This document shows, one piece after another, positions 31,616-42,084 of a stretch of 64,000 nucleotides of DNA. Origin of the DNA: Candidatus Aenigmatarchaeota archaeon (lineage in GTDB: Archaea > Aenigmatarchaeota > Aenigmatarchaeia > CG10238-14). The number at the start of each line of letters is the position of its first letter. The first letter of the stretch is position 1. Both the position numbers and the translations under genes were made by a program. The notes under the pieces were generated by a model. That model made no database searches and had not been told where the DNA came from. It was given only the letters and a program-made list of their open reading frames with translations. The stretch covers positions 323,067 to 387,066 of the forward strand of contig JASEGC010000001.1 in assembly GCA_030018415.1 (NCBI GenBank), read 5' to 3'.

Positions 31616-33811
31616 ATGATAGACTTAAACAAAATAAGAAATTGGTCGATCACTCTAGGAATACTTCTTTTCATAATTTTTTTATCAACGTGGGTAAGAC
31701 TTTCAACCATAAATTCTCCTACTGTCCTCGATTACGATCCGTTTTGGTGGTATAGGTATGCAAAAATTATACTGGAAAACGGTTTTAAAATGCCAGAATG
31801 GGATATCTTGAGTTTCTACCCACCAGGAAGACCAACAGAGCCATTTCAAGGTTGGCCGTATACGATAGCAATTTTCTACAAGATATTGAATTCCCTCTCT
31901 GGAATGGATTTCACAAGAGCAGCAATCATCTCTCCATTGATAACGGTTGCTTTAATCCCGATCCCAGCCTTCTTTCTAGGAAAATTTTTAACAGGGAATA
32001 ATATAGCAGGCTTAGCTACTGCTATATTCGCTACTCTTACACCAGCCTTCATCGGAGTAAGTATGGCTGGTTACTGCGATAGTGACGCTCCAGTTGTTTT
32101 TTACTCTTTCTTCTCTGTTTTATTCACTATTCTTGCTATGAAGAAAAGGTCAATCCCCTTCTACTTTCTAGCAATCCTTGCGAATTTGATGTTTATCTAC
32201 AATTGGGGCGGAGGCTGGATTACTCTTATTTTGTTCCTTGTTTTTATTCTGACAATTATTCCATTCAGAGTTTTAGAAGATGTTATTCACACAAAAAAAC
32301 TCACTTTAAGTCTGAGTGGTGTTTTGAAGGAGGTAAAAACCCTTTTCATCCCACTGATAGTCATCATCTTGATAACTAATGTTGTAGGTTTTATACTCTG
32401 GCGAATGACCATGTTTCACTCTCTTTTCGGTGGGTTAGTGTTCACCGGGTTAGTTGGCCAACCTCTTATAGTTAACGTTTCTGTGGCTGAGTTACAACCA
32501 ATAAATGTCTTCTCGAGAGAAGGTTTTCTGGCTGTAGTAAGTAGAGTTGGTTTACTTCCAGTCATTTTAACATTTTTTGGTCTTCCACTTTTAGTATTGT
32601 ATAAATTATACAGAAGAGAGAGGATCGCTTTCGAGGAAATATTTCTTTTTCTTTGGGCTTTAGTTATGTTCTACTTGATAACCCGAGGTATAAGGTTTTC
32701 TTTACTGTTTTCTATCGCAGCTGCCACTTCAGCCGGATACGCAATCGGGAATTTCTACAATTATCTTAAAGGTAGAAACTTAGTTATTTTTTCAACTGCT
32801 TTTGGTTTGGTAGGACTCTTAATCTTGATGTTTATTTCAGACGCAATACAGATAGGTTATGCATCATCAGGAATGCTTTTGAGTCAAAATTGGTACGATA
32901 TGCTCGATTGGCTAAAAAGCAATGCTAAGAAAGATGCTATAGTAGCTACATGGTGGGATCCTGGACATATTATAGCTGGTTACACTGGCTTAAGAGTTCA
33001 TGCAGATGGTGCTCACTGTGGCCCTACCGTATGCATTCCATACAATCACAACGTCAGGATACAAGACATGGGGAGGATTATGTCCACGAGCGACGAAAAG
33101 GAAGCTATATCCATCTTGAAAAAGTACATGCAATTAACTCCAGAACAATGTCAAGAAGTTAAACAAAAATTCGGCGATATCATCCCAAAAGAAGCATGCG
33201 AACCTGCTTCAGAGATGTACTTCATTTCCAGCAATGATTTGATAGGAAAATTCACATGGATGAATTACTTTGGCGGCTACAGAGCACCTATCAAATCTAA
33301 CGCAGATTTCCAAGCTAATCCTGGAGTTTGTTGTGCCTCCACACCAAAAACAGAACCTGGTCAAATATCATGCGGAGAGTTTGCTGCTCAAGGCAAGGGA
33401 GTATGGGTGTGGTGTCCTTGGATATTCTCTTTCTCAGAAGTGAAGCAAGATCAAGAAGGTAACCCTGTCTATGTCTACGATTATGCTGGTTTAAAGATAG
33501 CGATCATCCAGAAAGGGGACAACCTTATCCCCATCTACAACAACAGATTCCTCATAAATCATCTCACCTTTTTCCCACAAGGGTCAGCTAAACCGCAAGC
33601 TATTGATTTAACAAGGCTAAACACATCATTGGAAAGAATAGATGGTTTGATATGGATAGACCCAAGCTTCAGGAATTTGATATACTTTGCACCCTCTATC
33701 AAAGACAGTATCTTCACGAGGACTTTCTTCTTCGACGGCGAGGGTTTGAAGCATTTTGATTTAGTTTACTCTAACCCAGAAATAAGGTTGTATAAACTCA
33801 ATTTTGATTAA
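31616..33811 (+). CDS. aglB: Oligosaccharyltransferase AglB (STT3)
   Basis: DYDPFW, DSD, SVAE, WWDPG and DLIGK motifs. Confidence 0.93.
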   Translation: MIDLNKIRNWSITLGILLFIIFLSTWVRLSTINSPTVLDYDPFWWYRYAKIILENGFKMPEWDILSFYPPGRPTEPFQGWPYTIAIFYKILNSLSGMDFTRAAIISPLITVALIPIPAFFLGKFLTGNNIAGLATAIFATLTPAFIGVSMAGYCDSDAPVVFYSFFSVLFTILAMKKRSIPFYFLAILANLMFIYNWGGGWITLILFLVFILTIIPFRVLEDVIHTKKLTLSLSGVLKEVKTLFIPLIVIILITNVVGFILWRMTMFHSLFGGLVFTGLVGQPLIVNVSVAELQPINVFSREGFLAVVSRVGLLPVILTFFGLPLLVLYKLYRRERIAFEEIFLFLWALVMFYLITRGIRFSLLFSIAAATSAGYAIGNFYNYLKGRNLVIFSTAFGLVGLLILMFISDAIQIGYASSGMLLSQNWYDMLDWLKSNAKKDAIVATWWDPGHIIAGYTGLRVHADGAHCGPTVCIPYNHNVRIQDMGRIMSTSDEKEAISILKKYMQLTPEQCQEVKQKFGDIIPKEACEPASEMYFISSNDLIGKFTWMNYFGGYRAPIKSNADFQANPGVCCASTPKTEPGQISCGEFAAQGKGVWVWCPWIFSFSEVKQDQEGNPVYVYDYAGLKIAIIQKGDNLIPIYNNRFLINHLTFFPQGSAKPQAIDLTRLNTSLERIDGLIWIDPSFRNLIYFAPSIKDSIFTRTFFFDGEGLKHFDLVYSNPEIRLYKLNFD

Positions 33812-33892
33812 AAGTTCTAATTTCTTTGTTTATCAAAAAATAAAGATTTAAATAATTGCTTTTTCTTTAAAAATATATGGAGGTATGAGTTC

Positions 33893-34117
33893 ATGGCTGA
33901 AAAACCGAAAAAAGACATTCCATTGGCTCCTTTAGAGCGCTTGTTGAGGAGGGCTGGAGCAAAGAGAGTTTCGAAGTCTGCGGTGAGAGAATTTGCTCAT
34001 GTTATTGCTGATTATACGCACGATCTATCGGCTGAAGCCCTAGTGTTAGCAAAACACGCAGGTAGGAAGACAATAGTGGCAGCAGACGTGAGGATGGCAA
34101 GAAGAAAGTTAGAATAA
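33893..34117 (+). CDS. Archaeal histone
   Basis: IPLAPLERLLRRAGAKRVS...LAKHAGRKTI; GGAGGT RBS. Confidence 0.93.
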   Translation: MAEKPKKDIPLAPLERLLRRAGAKRVSKSAVREFAHVIADYTHDLSAEALVLAKHAGRKTIVAADVRMARRKLE

Positions 34118-34151
34118 TTTTTTCAATTATTATTAAATTGTAAGTGATAAC

Positions 34152-35156
34152 ATGCTCACACTAGAAGATATACTATCAGAATTGGAAAAGAACACGAAAT
34201 ATTCCAGGAAACAATTGTACGATATGATCAAGAATAAACATGAAGAACTATCAGGCTTAGTTTCTTTAGAAGGAGCGGGTCATCTTGTGGCGAGGGATTT
34301 GGGCGTTAACCTTTTGGTACCAGAGAAAATGGTCTTGAAGATAGGCAACATAGTAAGTGGAATGAAAAACATTAGCGTTAAAGCGAGAGTGATCCAGGTT
34401 TCTGAGATTAGAGAATTCGAAAAAAAGGATGAAAAAAAAGGTAAAGTTTGTAACCTTATCCTGACAGATGGCACAGGTGAAGTTAGACTCACGTTATGGG
34501 ATAAACAGGTTGGTATGATCGAGGAAGGAAAGATAAAAGAAGGAGACGTCATCGAGGTCAAGAACGCGTTCGCAAAAGAAAACATCTTTGGTGGTGTTGA
34601 GTTAGGACTATCAAGACTAGCAAGGATAGAGAAGGTTGAGGATGACGAATCCATTCCACGTCAGATGGTTGGTTTAATGTATAAGAGGATTCCCATCAAG
34701 GATATAACAGAAGGATATTACGAGATAAAAGGCAACATCGTTCAAATCTTCAATGTTAACCCCATTTTTCAGGTTTGTCCGAACTGTAGAGTAAAAGTCG
34801 AGAAGACAAAGAAAGGATATGAATGTCCTGAACATGGAAAAGTTGAGCCCGAGAATAACATGATAATATCTGGTGTAGTGGATGATGGTACGGATACCAT
34901 CAGAGCAGTTTTCTTCAGAGAACAAGCTCAGGCTGTTTCTGGACTGGAATCTTCTGTTCTTCTGAGTATGTCGCAGGATGAAGCGATGAATCTGGTAAGA
35001 CAGAATACATTAGGCAACGAGATTGTAATGAGAGGGAGAATACAGAAGAATAAGATTTTTGATACTTTGGAGATGATTGTCAGCGATGTGAGAGAATTGG
35101 ATATAGAAGAGGAGAGTAAAAGACTGATAAATGAGATAAAGGCTCTTTCTGCGTGA
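34152..35156 (+). CDS. rpa: Replication protein A (OB folds plus Zn finger)
   Basis: LTDGTGEVRLTLW, CPNC...CPEH and DDGT motifs. Confidence 0.85.
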   Translation: MLTLEDILSELEKNTKYSRKQLYDMIKNKHEELSGLVSLEGAGHLVARDLGVNLLVPEKMVLKIGNIVSGMKNISVKARVIQVSEIREFEKKDEKKGKVCNLILTDGTGEVRLTLWDKQVGMIEEGKIKEGDVIEVKNAFAKENIFGGVELGLSRLARIEKVEDDESIPRQMVGLMYKRIPIKDITEGYYEIKGNIVQIFNVNPIFQVCPNCRVKVEKTKKGYECPEHGKVEPENNMIISGVVDDGTDTIRAVFFREQAQAVSGLESSVLLSMSQDEAMNLVRQNTLGNEIVMRGRIQKNKIFDTLEMIVSDVRELDIEEESKRLINEIKALSA

Positions 35157-35294
35157 ATCATTGAGCAAAAATCTAATTCAGTATTGTCAATCCGTTAAAT
35201 TGAAGAAAAAGTATAAGTAATTTATCTCTAATAGTTAATTAGAAGATTTTCTTGTTTTTAATTATTTATAAATAGAATCAAATCTCTAAAATAG

Positions 35295-36251
35295 GTGCAT
35301 GACTTGAAAGAAAAAAAAATTGAACTGGAAGACATTCCTGGTGTTGGTCCTAAACTTGCAGATAAATTAAGGGAAATGGGATTTTCTGACCCGATGTCCA
35401 TTGCAGTAGCTTCACCAAGCGAGTTAGCGAGTATTCTGGAGATAGGGGAAGTCACTGCCACGAAGATCATCAACAAAACAAGGGATATGCTTGAGATTGG
35501 TTTTACTTCTGCTGATAAAGTCTGGGAGCAGAGACAAAAGATCGGTAAGATTACAACAGGAAGTAAAGCTCTGGATGATTTATTGGGTGGGGGAGTTGAG
35601 ACTCAAGCGATAACAGAAGCATATGGAGCTTTCGGCTCAGGAAAAACTCAAATTGGGTTTCAACTTTCTTTGAACGTTCAGTTACCACCAGAAAAAGGAG
35701 GATTAAACGGAAATTGTTTGTTCATTGACACGGAAGCCACTTTTAGGCCAGATCGTGTATTACAAATGGCAAAATCGATGGGTTTGGATCCTGATAAGGC
35801 TTTGAAGAACATTTATGTCGCCAGGGCATATGATTCAGACCATGAGATTTTCCTCATAGATAAAGCCGGAGAAATGATAAAAGAAAAGAACATAAGACTC
35901 GTGATCATCGATTCTTTGACCTCACACTTCAGGGCAGATTATGTTGGAAGAGGAGAATTAGCACCTAGACAACAGAAGTTGAATAAACTGTTACATAATC
36001 TACAACGTTTAGCCGATTCTCAGAATGTAGCGATTTTTGTCACGAATCAAGTGTTAACCAACCCTGCAATTTTGTTCGGTGATCCTACGATGCCGATTGG
36101 GGGCCATGTGCTCGCGCATCAAAGTACGTATCGGGTTTATTTAAGGAAATCTTCTGGCGAAAAAAGGATTGCAAGGATGATGGATAGTCCCAATTTACCT
36201 CCTGGCGAGTGTGTGTTCAAGATTACTCCTGATGGTATCAGAGATGTTTAA
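35295..36251 (+). CDS. radA: DNA repair and recombination protein RadA
   Basis: N-terminal HhH; [19 protein letters not shown] and TNQV motifs. Confidence 0.97.
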   Translation: MHDLKEKKIELEDIPGVGPKLADKLREMGFSDPMSIAVASPSELASILEIGEVTATKIINKTRDMLEIGFTSADKVWEQRQKIGKITTGSKALDDLLGGGVETQAITEAYGAFGSGKTQIGFQLSLNVQLPPEKGGLNGNCLFIDTEATFRPDRVLQMAKSMGLDPDKALKNIYVARAYDSDHEIFLIDKAGEMIKEKNIRLVIIDSLTSHFRADYVGRGELAPRQQKLNKLLHNLQRLADSQNVAIFVTNQVLTNPAILFGDPTMPIGGHVLAHQSTYRVYLRKSSGEKRIARMMDSPNLPPGECVFKITPDGIRDV

Positions 36252-36263
36252 AATATTTTAAAC

Positions 36264-36277
36264 CCAGAATATTATGG
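36264..36277. promoter_or_regulatory. Imperfect palindrome, putative operator
   Basis: CCAGAATATTATGG just before the regulator start; 11/14 match to 37002-37015. Confidence 0.45.
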
Positions 36278-36283
36278 TTTATC

Positions 36284-36946
36284 ATGTGGGTTGTTAAATT
36301 AAGGATTAAACACGACTGTACGATAGCTGTTAGATGTAAAAAATTTAAAGTGACTTCTTTTTCTTGGAGTTTAATGCCTTTTGAGAAAGGTGGTAAATCA
36401 TACACTTATCAAATGCATCATCTAGTTGGAAAGGAAGAAAACATCAAAGCATTCATCAAAGACTTGAAGGAAGATAAACGAATCACAAACTTAGAGGTTG
36501 AGAAAAACGTAATATTTTTTATTGAAGTAAGACCTAGAAAAGAAATACCGTCTTCTTTCTACAACCCAGAGATGTTTTACATTAAGCCATGCCTCGTAGA
36601 TACTGATGGATATGAAGTCTGGGAATTGGCTTCTGTTCATAGGTCAGTATTAACGAATTTGATAAGCGAGCTAGAGAAAATAAAAAAAGATTTTGAAGTT
36701 AAAATCTTGAAACTAGCAGAGACAAAGTTGAGCGATGTCTATTATCCAAGAATAACCCCGAAGTTGACCAAACAACAAAAGATAGCAATTGATTTGGCGG
36801 TTAAACATGGTTATTATTCAGTTCCTCGCAAAGCAAATTTAGAAAAACTCAGTAAAATTATGGGAGTTTCTCTTTCTACATTCCAAGAACACCTTAGAAA
36901 AGCAGAGGGTAGATTAATTCCAGATCTCCTCAAAGAGATTGAATAG
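36284..36946 (+). CDS. Bat-like HTH_10 transcriptional regulator
   Basis: C-terminal LTKQQK...AVKHGYYSVPRKANLEKLS...TFQEHLRKAE. Confidence 0.88.
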   Translation: MWVVKLRIKHDCTIAVRCKKFKVTSFSWSLMPFEKGGKSYTYQMHHLVGKEENIKAFIKDLKEDKRITNLEVEKNVIFFIEVRPRKEIPSSFYNPEMFYIKPCLVDTDGYEVWELASVHRSVLTNLISELEKIKKDFEVKILKLAETKLSDVYYPRITPKLTKQQKIAIDLAVKHGYYSVPRKANLEKLSKIMGVSLSTFQEHLRKAEGRLIPDLLKEIE

Positions 36947-37001
36947 GATACCTTCAAAAAACATTAGTAAATCCCCGTTTTTAATTAAATTTCTTAAAAA
37001 C

Positions 37002-37015
37002 CCGTAATATTACGG
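37002..37015. promoter_or_regulatory. Perfect palindrome, putative operator
   Basis: CCGTAATATTACGG about 45 bp upstream of ORF 37059. Confidence 0.55.
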
Positions 37016-37058
37016 TAAAAAATTATACTTCTTGTAGTACTACTTTTTAGTAAATAAA

Positions 37059-37943
37059 ATGTTAGAAATATCATCACCTATCGAGAATCTAATAATCAAG
37101 AGAGCAAATGAGAAAATTTTAGACGAGAGATTGTTTCTTGGGATAAAAAACAAAATGATAACAGGAGAACAATGGTTTAGGAACCCTGATAATTGGTATA
37201 ACATAACAGCGTTTGCTAATCCACACAAAACTCCATACAGTGAACTCAGGATACTCTTTGAGAATGAGGATGAATTAAAACCTCTTTTAGATAATACTAT
37301 AAAGATTTTTTACGGTATCGGAATGGGAGAAACAGAGACTTTAATCGTCAAATGGGACCTGGAGAATAATAATTACACTGAAGTTATAGCTATAGATGCG
37401 ATAAATGTTTTTATCGAGAATTTTATTCAGATATTGAGAAATTTAAAATACAACTACTCAAAGAGTGAGATATTCTTTAGAGGGATACGTGACCTATTCG
37501 AAAATCTTAATAAAGATGATCTATTTTTTTCAAGGTCAAAGTTTGAGAATGCTACTCATATTTGTTTTGGCAACACAATCGGTAATTTTGAACAACAAAA
37601 TGAGATCTTTACAATTTTTCAGAAAAACATGGATAGAGGAGACAAACTCTTACTTGGCATTCATTTAAATAAATTTCCAGAAAAAACCTTCTCTGAGTAT
37701 GCAAACAATGTTTTGTTTAAGAAACTTATTCTCAATTCTATAAAATTTGATGGAGACCTTTATTGGAAATACAATAGAGATGATGACAGAGTCGAGGCTT
37801 GGTTCGGAGATGTTTTAGCTTTCCAATCAAAAAAATATGATTTGAAAAAACTCCTTGAGTTTGTGAAAGAATTTGGTTTAATTTCAATCAGAACTTTCGA
37901 ACATCAAGAATTCGCAGTTGTTTTGTTTGAAAAAGAAAACTAA
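37059..37943 (+). CDS. EgtD-like (Methyltransf_33) SAM methyltransferase-like protein
   Basis: YGIGMGETE, CFGNTIGNF, GDKLLLG and QSKKY motifs. Confidence 0.6.
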   Translation: MLEISSPIENLIIKRANEKILDERLFLGIKNKMITGEQWFRNPDNWYNITAFANPHKTPYSELRILFENEDELKPLLDNTIKIFYGIGMGETETLIVKWDLENNNYTEVIAIDAINVFIENFIQILRNLKYNYSKSEIFFRGIRDLFENLNKDDLFFSRSKFENATHICFGNTIGNFEQQNEIFTIFQKNMDRGDKLLLGIHLNKFPEKTFSEYANNVLFKKLILNSIKFDGDLYWKYNRDDDRVEAWFGDVLAFQSKKYDLKKLLEFVKEFGLISIRTFEHQEFAVVLFEKEN

Positions 37944-38024
37944 TTTTTTATCTAGGACATTGTCCACTATTTATTTACTTATGTATATAAATCTTTATAT
38001 ATTATATATGTCCAATTATAAATT

Positions 38025-38231
38025 ATGGTCAGAAAACCAGACCCAGAAAAAATTGAAAAAATAAGAAAACTGTTAAAAGAAAATCCAGAAGGTTTGTGGA
38101 TCAGAGAAATTGCAAGAAGGTCAAATTTAACAAAGTCTACAGTGAGCAAATACGTTAATGAATATATGAAAGATGAGATAGAGGATGTCTGGAAGCGTGG
38201 GTTTATAAGGATAGTGAGGTTGAAGGAATGA
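38025..38231 (+). CDS. Small winged-helix HTH protein
   Basis: GLWIREIARRSNLTKSTVSKYV. Confidence 0.8.
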   Translation: MVRKPDPEKIEKIRKLLKENPEGLWIREIARRSNLTKSTVSKYVNEYMKDEIEDVWKRGFIRIVRLKE

Positions 38232-39715
38232 ACTGGAGAAATGGATTGAATTTCGGTCAAGCAAAATACGAAGTTATCGATAGGGACACCTTTATTCCAT
38301 ACATAAGATCTGATTTTAGGGCTGTTATTCCATTCGAGATTTTAATAGACTTTACTGAGCAAAGGCGGAATGATTTGGTTGCATTATTAAAAATTACTGA
38401 TCGAGTATCCAAAAAGAGTAATATCAGAGTAAAGAAATTGTGTAGAAGTGGCGAGAGTTTAAGTTTTTCTTTAGAAAAAGAAAGAAACCTGAAGGATATT
38501 ATCGTGAAAGTTCTGAGTATTAAAACAGTACAAGACTGTGTAAATAGAATGTCATCGAATTCAAGAGAAAACATCCCCACGTTGTCTATTCTTCCAAGTC
38601 ACACTTCAAATTATTCATTTCCGTACCAGAATTCTAAGAGAGTGACTCCTATATTTGCTTTCGAGCTAGAAGATGCGGTTTATTGCATCTCTCATTTTGG
38701 CTGGAAGAACATAATTTTCAAGAAAGAAATAATGCCAGACGAACTTACTGCCCTTGCAATTGGTCTTTACTTTGCTGAAGGCGGAAAAGTCACAGCATCT
38801 TTCACGAATTCTTCTCCAAAAATTATTAACGTTATGTTAGATTTTATAGAACAATACTCAAACATTGAAAGAGACAAAATCAACGCCAGAATATACTGTC
38901 ACACCAGACTTCAAAATAAAAAAAAGAATTTAGAAGAATTTTGGTATTCTCAAGTAGGGATTTCTAATTATGGGAGTAAGCTTCATTTGAGTGAAAATTC
39001 TAGATCACCTTGCGGAACATTAGAACTGAACTTTTGTAGTCAGATATTGAAGAATCTCTTGTGTGGTTTAATCAAAAAGGCTTTTGACGATCCTTTAACG
39101 TTCGATCCAAAAAACATAATACGAGGGATATTTTCTGGCGATGGTTGTCCGATACAACAAACTAAATATTTTATTTGCCATCATATAACCCTTGATAAAA
39201 ATTACTGGAAGAGTCAATTTGATTTTATAGACAAATTAATTTCTCGGCATGGTATACAGCTTAAAACAGTCCCATCTAATCCGAATAAAATAAAAGACCA
39301 GATCAGGGCTGTTATCTACAGTAATTGGTATACCAATATGTATTTCATGTTTCTGGATCCTTACAGGTTCGAATTAATAAACAGAGAAAAATTTGCAAGA
39401 AGATTTTTATCGTTAGAAAAAACAAGATTGTTTCTAAGTTTGGAGGACGGATGTTTAATAAAAGGGATAGATCTAGTTAATGGACTAAGACCACTTATCA
39501 GCTTGAGAAACCATGACTTCATAAATTTAGTTCAAAAGAGTCCTAAACCCAACAGAAAATACGAAGTCCAATTTTCAGAGAATGGTTTACAAGTTAGGAA
39601 AATTCTACAAGATTTTCTTAATAATGTCTATCCTAAGTATAGAAAAGAATTGGAGAATTTTAAGGTTCTATTGGGAAAGTTTGATTTGCTAGAAAAAAAC
39701 AATAGAGGATGCTAG
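38228..39715 (+). CDS. Free-standing LAGLIDADG-like protein
   Basis: AIGLYFAEG followed by FTNS; second motif IIRGIFSGDG. Confidence 0.6.
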   Translation: MNWRNGLNFGQAKYEVIDRDTFIPYIRSDFRAVIPFEILIDFTEQRRNDLVALLKITDRVSKKSNIRVKKLCRSGESLSFSLEKERNLKDIIVKVLSIKTVQDCVNRMSSNSRENIPTLSILPSHTSNYSFPYQNSKRVTPIFAFELEDAVYCISHFGWKNIIFKKEIMPDELTALAIGLYFAEGGKVTASFTNSSPKIINVMLDFIEQYSNIERDKINARIYCHTRLQNKKKNLEEFWYSQVGISNYGSKLHLSENSRSPCGTLELNFCSQILKNLLCGLIKKAFDDPLTFDPKNIIRGIFSGDGCPIQQTKYFICHHITLDKNYWKSQFDFIDKLISRHGIQLKTVPSNPNKIKDQIRAVIYSNWYTNMYFMFLDPYRFELINREKFARRFLSLEKTRLFLSLEDGCLIKGIDLVNGLRPLISLRNHDFINLVQKSPKPNRKYEVQFSENGLQVRKILQDFLNNVYPKYRKELENFKVLLGKFDLLEKNNRGC

Positions 39716-39727
39716 TGGTGATTTTAG

Positions 39728-41005
39728 ATGAAAGTAGTGATGGATGCGCACATCCATTCTCGGTTTAGTAGAGCCACCAGTGGAAACATAACGATTTCGA
39801 ACTTGGAAAGGTATGGAAGGATGAAAGGTGTCAACCTCATCGGTACAGGGGATTTTACGCATCCCACGTGGTTGTCTGAGTTGAAAGAAAATTTGATAGA
39901 AGATGGTTCTGGGATATTAAAAACAAAAACAGGGTTTAATTTTATTTTGACGGCTGAAATCTCAAATATTTATGTTCAAGACGGTAAACAAAGAAGAGTT
40001 CATAATATTATCCTTTCCCCAAGCTTTGATGTTGTAGAACAAATAAATAGTGAATTATTGAAACATGGAAGATTGGATTATGACGGTAGACCGATTTTTG
40101 GTTTCACTTGTTCTGAATTAGTGGAGATGATAATGTCAATCTGTAGGGAATGTATGATTATCCCCGCTCACATACTTACCCCATGGTTCTCAATTTTTGG
40201 CTCCAAATCTGGTTTTGACTCAGTAGAAGAATGCTTCAAAGACCAGACAAAACATATTCATGCCCTAGAGACAGGCTTATCAAGCAATCCTGCCATGAAC
40301 TGGAGAGTTTCTTCTTTAGATAAATACACATTGGTTTCCTTTTCAGATGCCCACTCATGCAATCCTTGGAGGTTAGGTCGCGAGAATTGTGTATTAGATG
40401 TTAACAAACTCACTTATAAAGAAATTACTGACACCATTAAGAAAAAAGAAAAAGGGTTTTTGTTCACCACCGAATTCTTCCCTCAGGAAGGAAAGTATTT
40501 CTTCGATGGGCATAGAAACTGTAACGTATCATTACATCCAAAAGAATCGATTAAAATGAATAATTTCTGCCCCGTTTGCAAAAGAAAATTGACAGTAGGA
40601 GTGCTACATAGGATAGAAGAATTGGCCGATAGGCCCGAAGGATTCGTTCCAAAGAATGTCATACCTTTCAAGAGTTTGATACCACTTTCTGAATTGATTA
40701 AAACCATACTGAGAATAGATACGATATACTCAAAAACTGTTTGGGAAGAATACAATAAACTGATAAAGGAATTTAAGAATGAATTGAACGTTTTACTTGA
40801 CGTTCCAAAAGAAGAGTTGATGAAGGTAACTTATGAAAAGGTAGCAGATACGATAATAAAAGTCAGAGAAGGAGAAGTGAAATACATCGCTGGTTATGAT
40901 GGTGTTTATGGAAAGCCTGTGTTCGATGAAGAAGAATTTAAGAAACGTGAAGAAAAACAGAAAGACGTAAAAATTCATACTCAAAAAAGATTAATCGATT
41001 TTTAG
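39728..41005 (+). CDS. Endonuclease Q family (PHP domain plus Zn finger)
   Basis: DAHIHSRFSRATS, GTGDFTHP, ETGLSS, SDAHS and CPVC...VGVLHR motifs. Confidence 0.9.
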   Translation: MKVVMDAHIHSRFSRATSGNITISNLERYGRMKGVNLIGTGDFTHPTWLSELKENLIEDGSGILKTKTGFNFILTAEISNIYVQDGKQRRVHNIILSPSFDVVEQINSELLKHGRLDYDGRPIFGFTCSELVEMIMSICRECMIIPAHILTPWFSIFGSKSGFDSVEECFKDQTKHIHALETGLSSNPAMNWRVSSLDKYTLVSFSDAHSCNPWRLGRENCVLDVNKLTYKEITDTIKKKEKGFLFTTEFFPQEGKYFFDGHRNCNVSLHPKESIKMNNFCPVCKRKLTVGVLHRIEELADRPEGFVPKNVIPFKSLIPLSELIKTILRIDTIYSKTVWEEYNKLIKEFKNELNVLLDVPKEELMKVTYEKVADTIIKVREGEVKYIAGYDGVYGKPVFDEEEFKKREEKQKDVKIHTQKRLIDF

Positions 41006-41075
41006 GGTCTGTAGTCTAATGGTAGGACACTGCTCTCACACAGCAGAGAATTGGGTTCGATTCCCAACAGACCCA
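41005..41075 (+). tRNA. tRNA-Val(CAC), intronless
   Basis: Acceptor GGGTCTG/CAGACCC; anticodon arm CTGCT-CTCACAC-AGCAG; TTCGATT T-loop. Confidence 0.93.
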
Positions 41076-41153
41076 TGATTATCATCTGCAGATAAACTAG
41101 AGCGACTATTTTTATAAGACTTAGTTTTAAAGTTTATAAATGCAGCTTTCTAA

Positions 41154-41576
41154 ATGGGGTTTATGGAAGAGGTTTACAGAAAATTAGGAGAAGACGAGAA
41201 GAAAAAGGTCGAAGAAACTATCGCGAAAATCCTTTCAAAGTACAAGTTTATCGACGCGGCCCTAATTTTCGGCTCTTTTGTGACGAGAAAATTTTTCAGG
41301 GATATAGATGTGGCAATTGTTTGTGAAAAAGTAAGAGAAAAAGATTTGGAAAGAATTGCCCTTGAAATAGAGAAAAAAATCAAGATTCCGGTTGATCTAA
41401 AAGTTCTTGATGAACTTCCTCTCAAACTTAAGTTTTTTGTGATAAGACAAGGAAAACTTGTGATGGTAAACCAAAAAGAAAGATATTTTATTGTAAAACA
41501 TAGTGTTATCACTCAATTTCTTGATTTTAAGCCATTTCTCGAGAGATACACAAAAGGTGTACTAGGATGGAGTTAA
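41154..41576 (+). CDS. Minimal nucleotidyltransferase antitoxin (MntA-like)
   Basis: IFGSF...DIDVA and PVDL motifs. Confidence 0.88.
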   Translation: MGFMEEVYRKLGEDEKKKVEETIAKILSKYKFIDAALIFGSFVTRKFFRDIDVAIVCEKVREKDLERIALEIEKKIKIPVDLKVLDELPLKLKFFVIRQGKLVMVNQKERYFIVKHSVITQFLDFKPFLERYTKGVLGWS

Positions 41577-41992
41577 CAGTCGAGCATTTGAAAGAGTTCA
41601 AACGTTATCTTGATGTTTGGAAGAGGTATAAAAAGGAAGTAAAGCTTAAGGATTTTACTGAGAACATAGATAAGCAGAACATGGTATTACATGCGATGTT
41701 TGTTGCGATACAATCTGCGATAGATTTGGCGAACGATATGATAGTTTCTCGTAATCTAGAAGAGCCAGAAACCTATAGAGAGACCTTTGAAATACTTGGA
41801 AAGAACAAAATAATTCCCTCTAATCTTTCCTCGAGACTTGCATCTCTCGCGGGTTTTAGAAATGTCATAGCACATGTTTACTTTAGATTAGATGCGAAGC
41901 GTGCATACAAAGTTTTTCAACATGGCTATATAACATTAGGAGAATTTGAGAAATTTATAGAAAGAATAGTGAAAAAGAGTAAGGAAAAGTAA
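41567..41992 (+). CDS. HEPN (DUF86, HepT-like) ribonuclease toxin
   Basis: AIQSAIDLA and GFRNVIAHVY (RX4HXY) motifs; overlaps the MNT gene. Confidence 0.9.
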   Translation: MELTVEHLKEFKRYLDVWKRYKKEVKLKDFTENIDKQNMVLHAMFVAIQSAIDLANDMIVSRNLEEPETYRETFEILGKNKIIPSNLSSRLASLAGFRNVIAHVYFRLDAKRAYKVFQHGYITLGEFEKFIERIVKKSKEK

Positions 41993-42084
41993 AACCAGCT
42001 TGTGATTCCTGGAAAGTAAGAAGCTTCTTAAACTAAGAATAACCTGCTAAGGACAGTATGGAAAGCGGTTTGGCTCTACTAGAC

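Noticed and set aside
36284-41992. Integrated element at tRNA-Val
   Set aside because: No integrase and no duplicated tRNA 3' end (att site) seen
41993-42084. Possible small ncRNA between the HEPN and lipoprotein genes
   Set aside because: Only a weak terminal stem and no convincing C/D or H/ACA boxes
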